Shown: positions 61,283 through 64,000 of the stretch, piece after piece | Numbering within the stretch: position 1 is the first letter of the stretch | Layout: the number at the start of each line of letters is the position of its first letter | Assembly (NCBI RefSeq): GCF_018350175.1 | Contig: NC_058368.1 | Location: forward strand, 204,850,001 to 204,914,000 | From: Felis catus | Taxonomy: Eukaryota | Length of the DNA: 64,000 bases | Direction of reading: 5' to 3' | The notes under the pieces: generated by a model | Told to the model about the DNA's origin: nothing | Seen by the model: the letters and a program-made list of their open reading frames with translations, nothing else | Database searches by the model: none | Translations under genes and position numbers: made by a program

Positions 61283-64000
61283 AGGTGTTAATTCTTCTTT
61301 GAATTTTTAGTAAAATTGCCAATGAAGTCATCTGGTCCTGAGCTTTTATTTGTTGAGAGATTTTTGATTACTGATTCAATTTCCTTAACTAGTAATTGGT
61401 CTCCTCAGATTTTCTATATCTTCCTGACTCAGCCTTGGTATGTTGTATGTTCCTAAGAATCTTTCTATTTCTTCTAGGTTGTCCTAGAAGAAATAGGTTC
61501 TTCTATTGTTGACATACAGTTATTCATAGTAGCCTCCTACAATCCTTCGAATGTTTTATTGTCAGATGTAATGTCTCTTTTCTCATTTATAATTTCATTG
61601 ATTTGGGTTCTTTTTCTTTTTTTCTTGGATAGTCTATCTAGGGGTTTGTCAGTTTTGTTTATCTTTTCAAAGAACCGACTCTTAGTTGGGTTAATCTTTT
61701 CTACTGGTTTTCTCCTATTTCTGCTCTAATCTTTATTGTTTCCTTTCTTCTGCTAATTTTGGGCTTGGTTGCTCTTCTCTTTTCTAGTTCCTTAGGGCAT
61801 AGAGTTAGGTAGTTTATTTGGGATCTTTCTTGCTTCTTAATCTAGGCATTTATTGCTATGAACCTTCCTCTTAGAACTGTTTTGCTGCATCCTACACTGT
61901 GGTAGGCCGTGTTTGTATTTTCATTTATATCAAGAAGCTATTTTATTTCTCCTTTAATTTCTTCTTTGGTCCACTGATTGTGGAGCAGACTGCTGTTTAA
62001 TTTCCATGTGTTCATGAATTTTTCAGTTTTCCTCTCATTATTGATTTCTAATTTCATGTCATTGTGCTCACAGGAGATACTCAGTATGATTTCAATCTTC
62101 TTGAATTGGCTAAGGTTGTTTTGTGGCCTACCAAATGTTCTATCCAAGAAAATGTTCCATGTGTGCTTGAGAAGAATGTGCATTCTGCTGTTGTTGGATT
62201 GAATGCTCTGTATATGTCTGTTAGGTCCATTTGGTCTATAGTGGTGCTCAAATCTGTTTCCTTATTGATTCTCTGTCTAGATGATCTATCCGCTGCCGAG
62301 AATGGGGAATTAAAATACCCAACTATTATTATATTACTCCTTCTGGCTCTGTTAGTTTTTGTTTTACATATTTAGGTGCCTTAATGTTGGGTGCATAAGT
62401 CTTTACAATTGTTATATCTTCTTGATGTGTTGCCCTCTTTATCATTACATTATGACCTTTTTTGTATCATTTTCACATTTTTGATTTAAAGTCTGATATA
62501 TGGATAGCTACCCCTGCTTTTTATTTTTTGTGTTTTTTTCTTCTTTTTCCTTTTTTATTTTTTATTTTTGGTTACCATTTGTTTAAAATGTATTTTTCCA
62601 TCCCTTCACTCTCAGTCCATGTGTGTCTTCTCTAAAGCTAAAGTGAGTCTCTTGAAGCCAACATATTGTTAGATCTTGTTGTTGTTGTTTTAATCAACTC
62701 AACAATTCTATGTTTTCTAATTGGAAACCCTAATTCATTTATGTTTAAAGTAATTACTGATAGGTAAGAACTTACTATTGCTATTTTGCTATTTTCTGGT
62801 TGTTTGTAGATTCATTGTTCCATGTTTCTTATCACGCTGTTTTTGTGTATTTTGATGTCTTTTGTTATCAGTACACTTTGACTTCTTTATCATGTCCTAT
62901 TATATAACTACCATAGGATTTTCCTTTGTGGTTATCATTAGGCTTACATAAATTTATAATACCCTATTTTGAACTGATAACAGTTTCAATAAAATGCATA
63001 AACTTTATAATTTTACTTCTCTTCCTGGTCACATTTTAAGTTTTTGCTTTTAAAATCTACATGTTATTTTATTGTAACATGAATTTTATAACAGAATATT
63101 GTAGCTATAAGTTATTTTTACTACGTTTGATTTTAACTTTTAAACTAGAGTTTTAAGTGAATTATGCCCCACTATTACCATATTGTAGAACAAAACATAT
63201 TACCAGAAGGATTTACTCTATCTTTTTATGTTTTTATGATGTTAATTAGCATTATTTTAATTTTCAAAGAACTCCTTTTAACATTTCCTTTAGGGTAGGT
63301 CTTGTGGTAATAAATACCCTCAGCTTTTGTTTGTTTGGGAAAGTCTTCATCCCTTCTTTATTTCTGAAAAACAGCTCTACTGGGTATAGAATTCCTGATT
63401 TTCAGTTATTTTCTTACGACATCCTGAATATGTCATCCCATTCTCTCCTAGCCTGAGAAATCTGCCAGTAGTCTGATGGGGGTTCCCTTGTTTGGAACTT
63501 CTCTCTTCTCTCTTGCTGCTCTTAAAATTCTTTGACTTTTGATGATTTAATTATAATGTGTCTTGGTATAGTCCTACTTGGGTTCAATCTATTTGGAATT
63601 CTTTGGGCTTTATGGATCTGGATAACCATTCCTCTCCCCAGGTTTGAGAAGTTTTCAGCCATTATTGCTTTAAATATACTTTCTGTCCCTTTCTCTTCTC
63701 CTGGATTTCCCATAATGCAAATATTCCTTTTCATTGTGTTCCATAATACCCATAGGCTTTCCTTACTCTTTCATTCTTTTTCCTTCTCTGACTGGGTAAT
63801 TTCTAGTGTCCTATCCTCCAGGTCACTGATTCTTCTGTATGGCCAAGTCTACTTTTGAAACTCTGTACTAAATTCTTCAGTTCAGTTATTGTATTTTTCA
63901 ACTCTAGGATTTCTATTTGTTTTTTTGATGGCTGCTATCTTTTTGTCAAACTTCTTGTTTGTTCATGCATTGTTTTCCCAATGTTATTTAGTTGTCTGTG

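Larger units (their letters stand above)
58055..64000 (-). mobile_element. Long degenerate L1 (L1MA9/L1_Carn-like): 3'UTR, nearly whole ORF2, inter-ORF spacer and ORF1; runs off the window edge
   Basis: ORF2 remnants ([30 protein letters not shown] at 59667-59891; post-endonuclease region at 61938-62183); ORF1 remnant (KRNICIMG..IMAENFSNL..PRHIIIK at 63522-63734); AATAAA at 58075-58070. Confidence 0.95.

Noticed and set aside
39500..64000. GC-rich ubiquitous GHR promoter (exon 1B/V2) or CpG island
   Set aside because: No CpG island in the window; it is expected further upstream
1..64000. A novel multi-gene system (defence island, operon, CRISPR, intact viral insert)
   Set aside because: The window is explained by GHR intronic/promoter sequence and familiar mammalian repeat classes; there are no unexplained long ORFs or arrays

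Overview
Mammalian genomic DNA, almost certainly a felid: the SINEs are Can-SINEs of the cat SINEC_Fc type. The window holds part of the growth hormone receptor gene GHR on the minus strand. The only protein-coding host sequence is the 81-nt exon 2 (21538-21458), with 11 nt of 5'UTR and 70 nt encoding the signal peptide [23 protein letters not shown]. About 17 kb upstream lies a candidate liver-type promoter and non-coding first exon (exon 1A/V1 type, ~39120-38658). It carries an HNF4-type DR1, a 77-bp Z-DNA-prone tract, a GC box, CCAAT and TATA boxes. Positions 1-21457 are intron 2, and the rest is intron 1 or upstream sequence. Most of the window is repeats: young and old Can-SINEs (some nested), 5'-truncated L1s, a ~6 kb L1 running off the right edge, L2, MIR, L3/CR1, MaLR and ERVL solo LTRs, hAT MITEs and microsatellites. 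All other ORF-track entries are L1 remnants or spurious. I found no evidence of a new multi-gene system. The most interesting leads are GHR 5'-end, splicing and regulatory oddities, plus one possibly very ancient retained repeat. Repeat subfamily names come from recalled consensus sequences and need RepeatMasker/Dfam confirmation.
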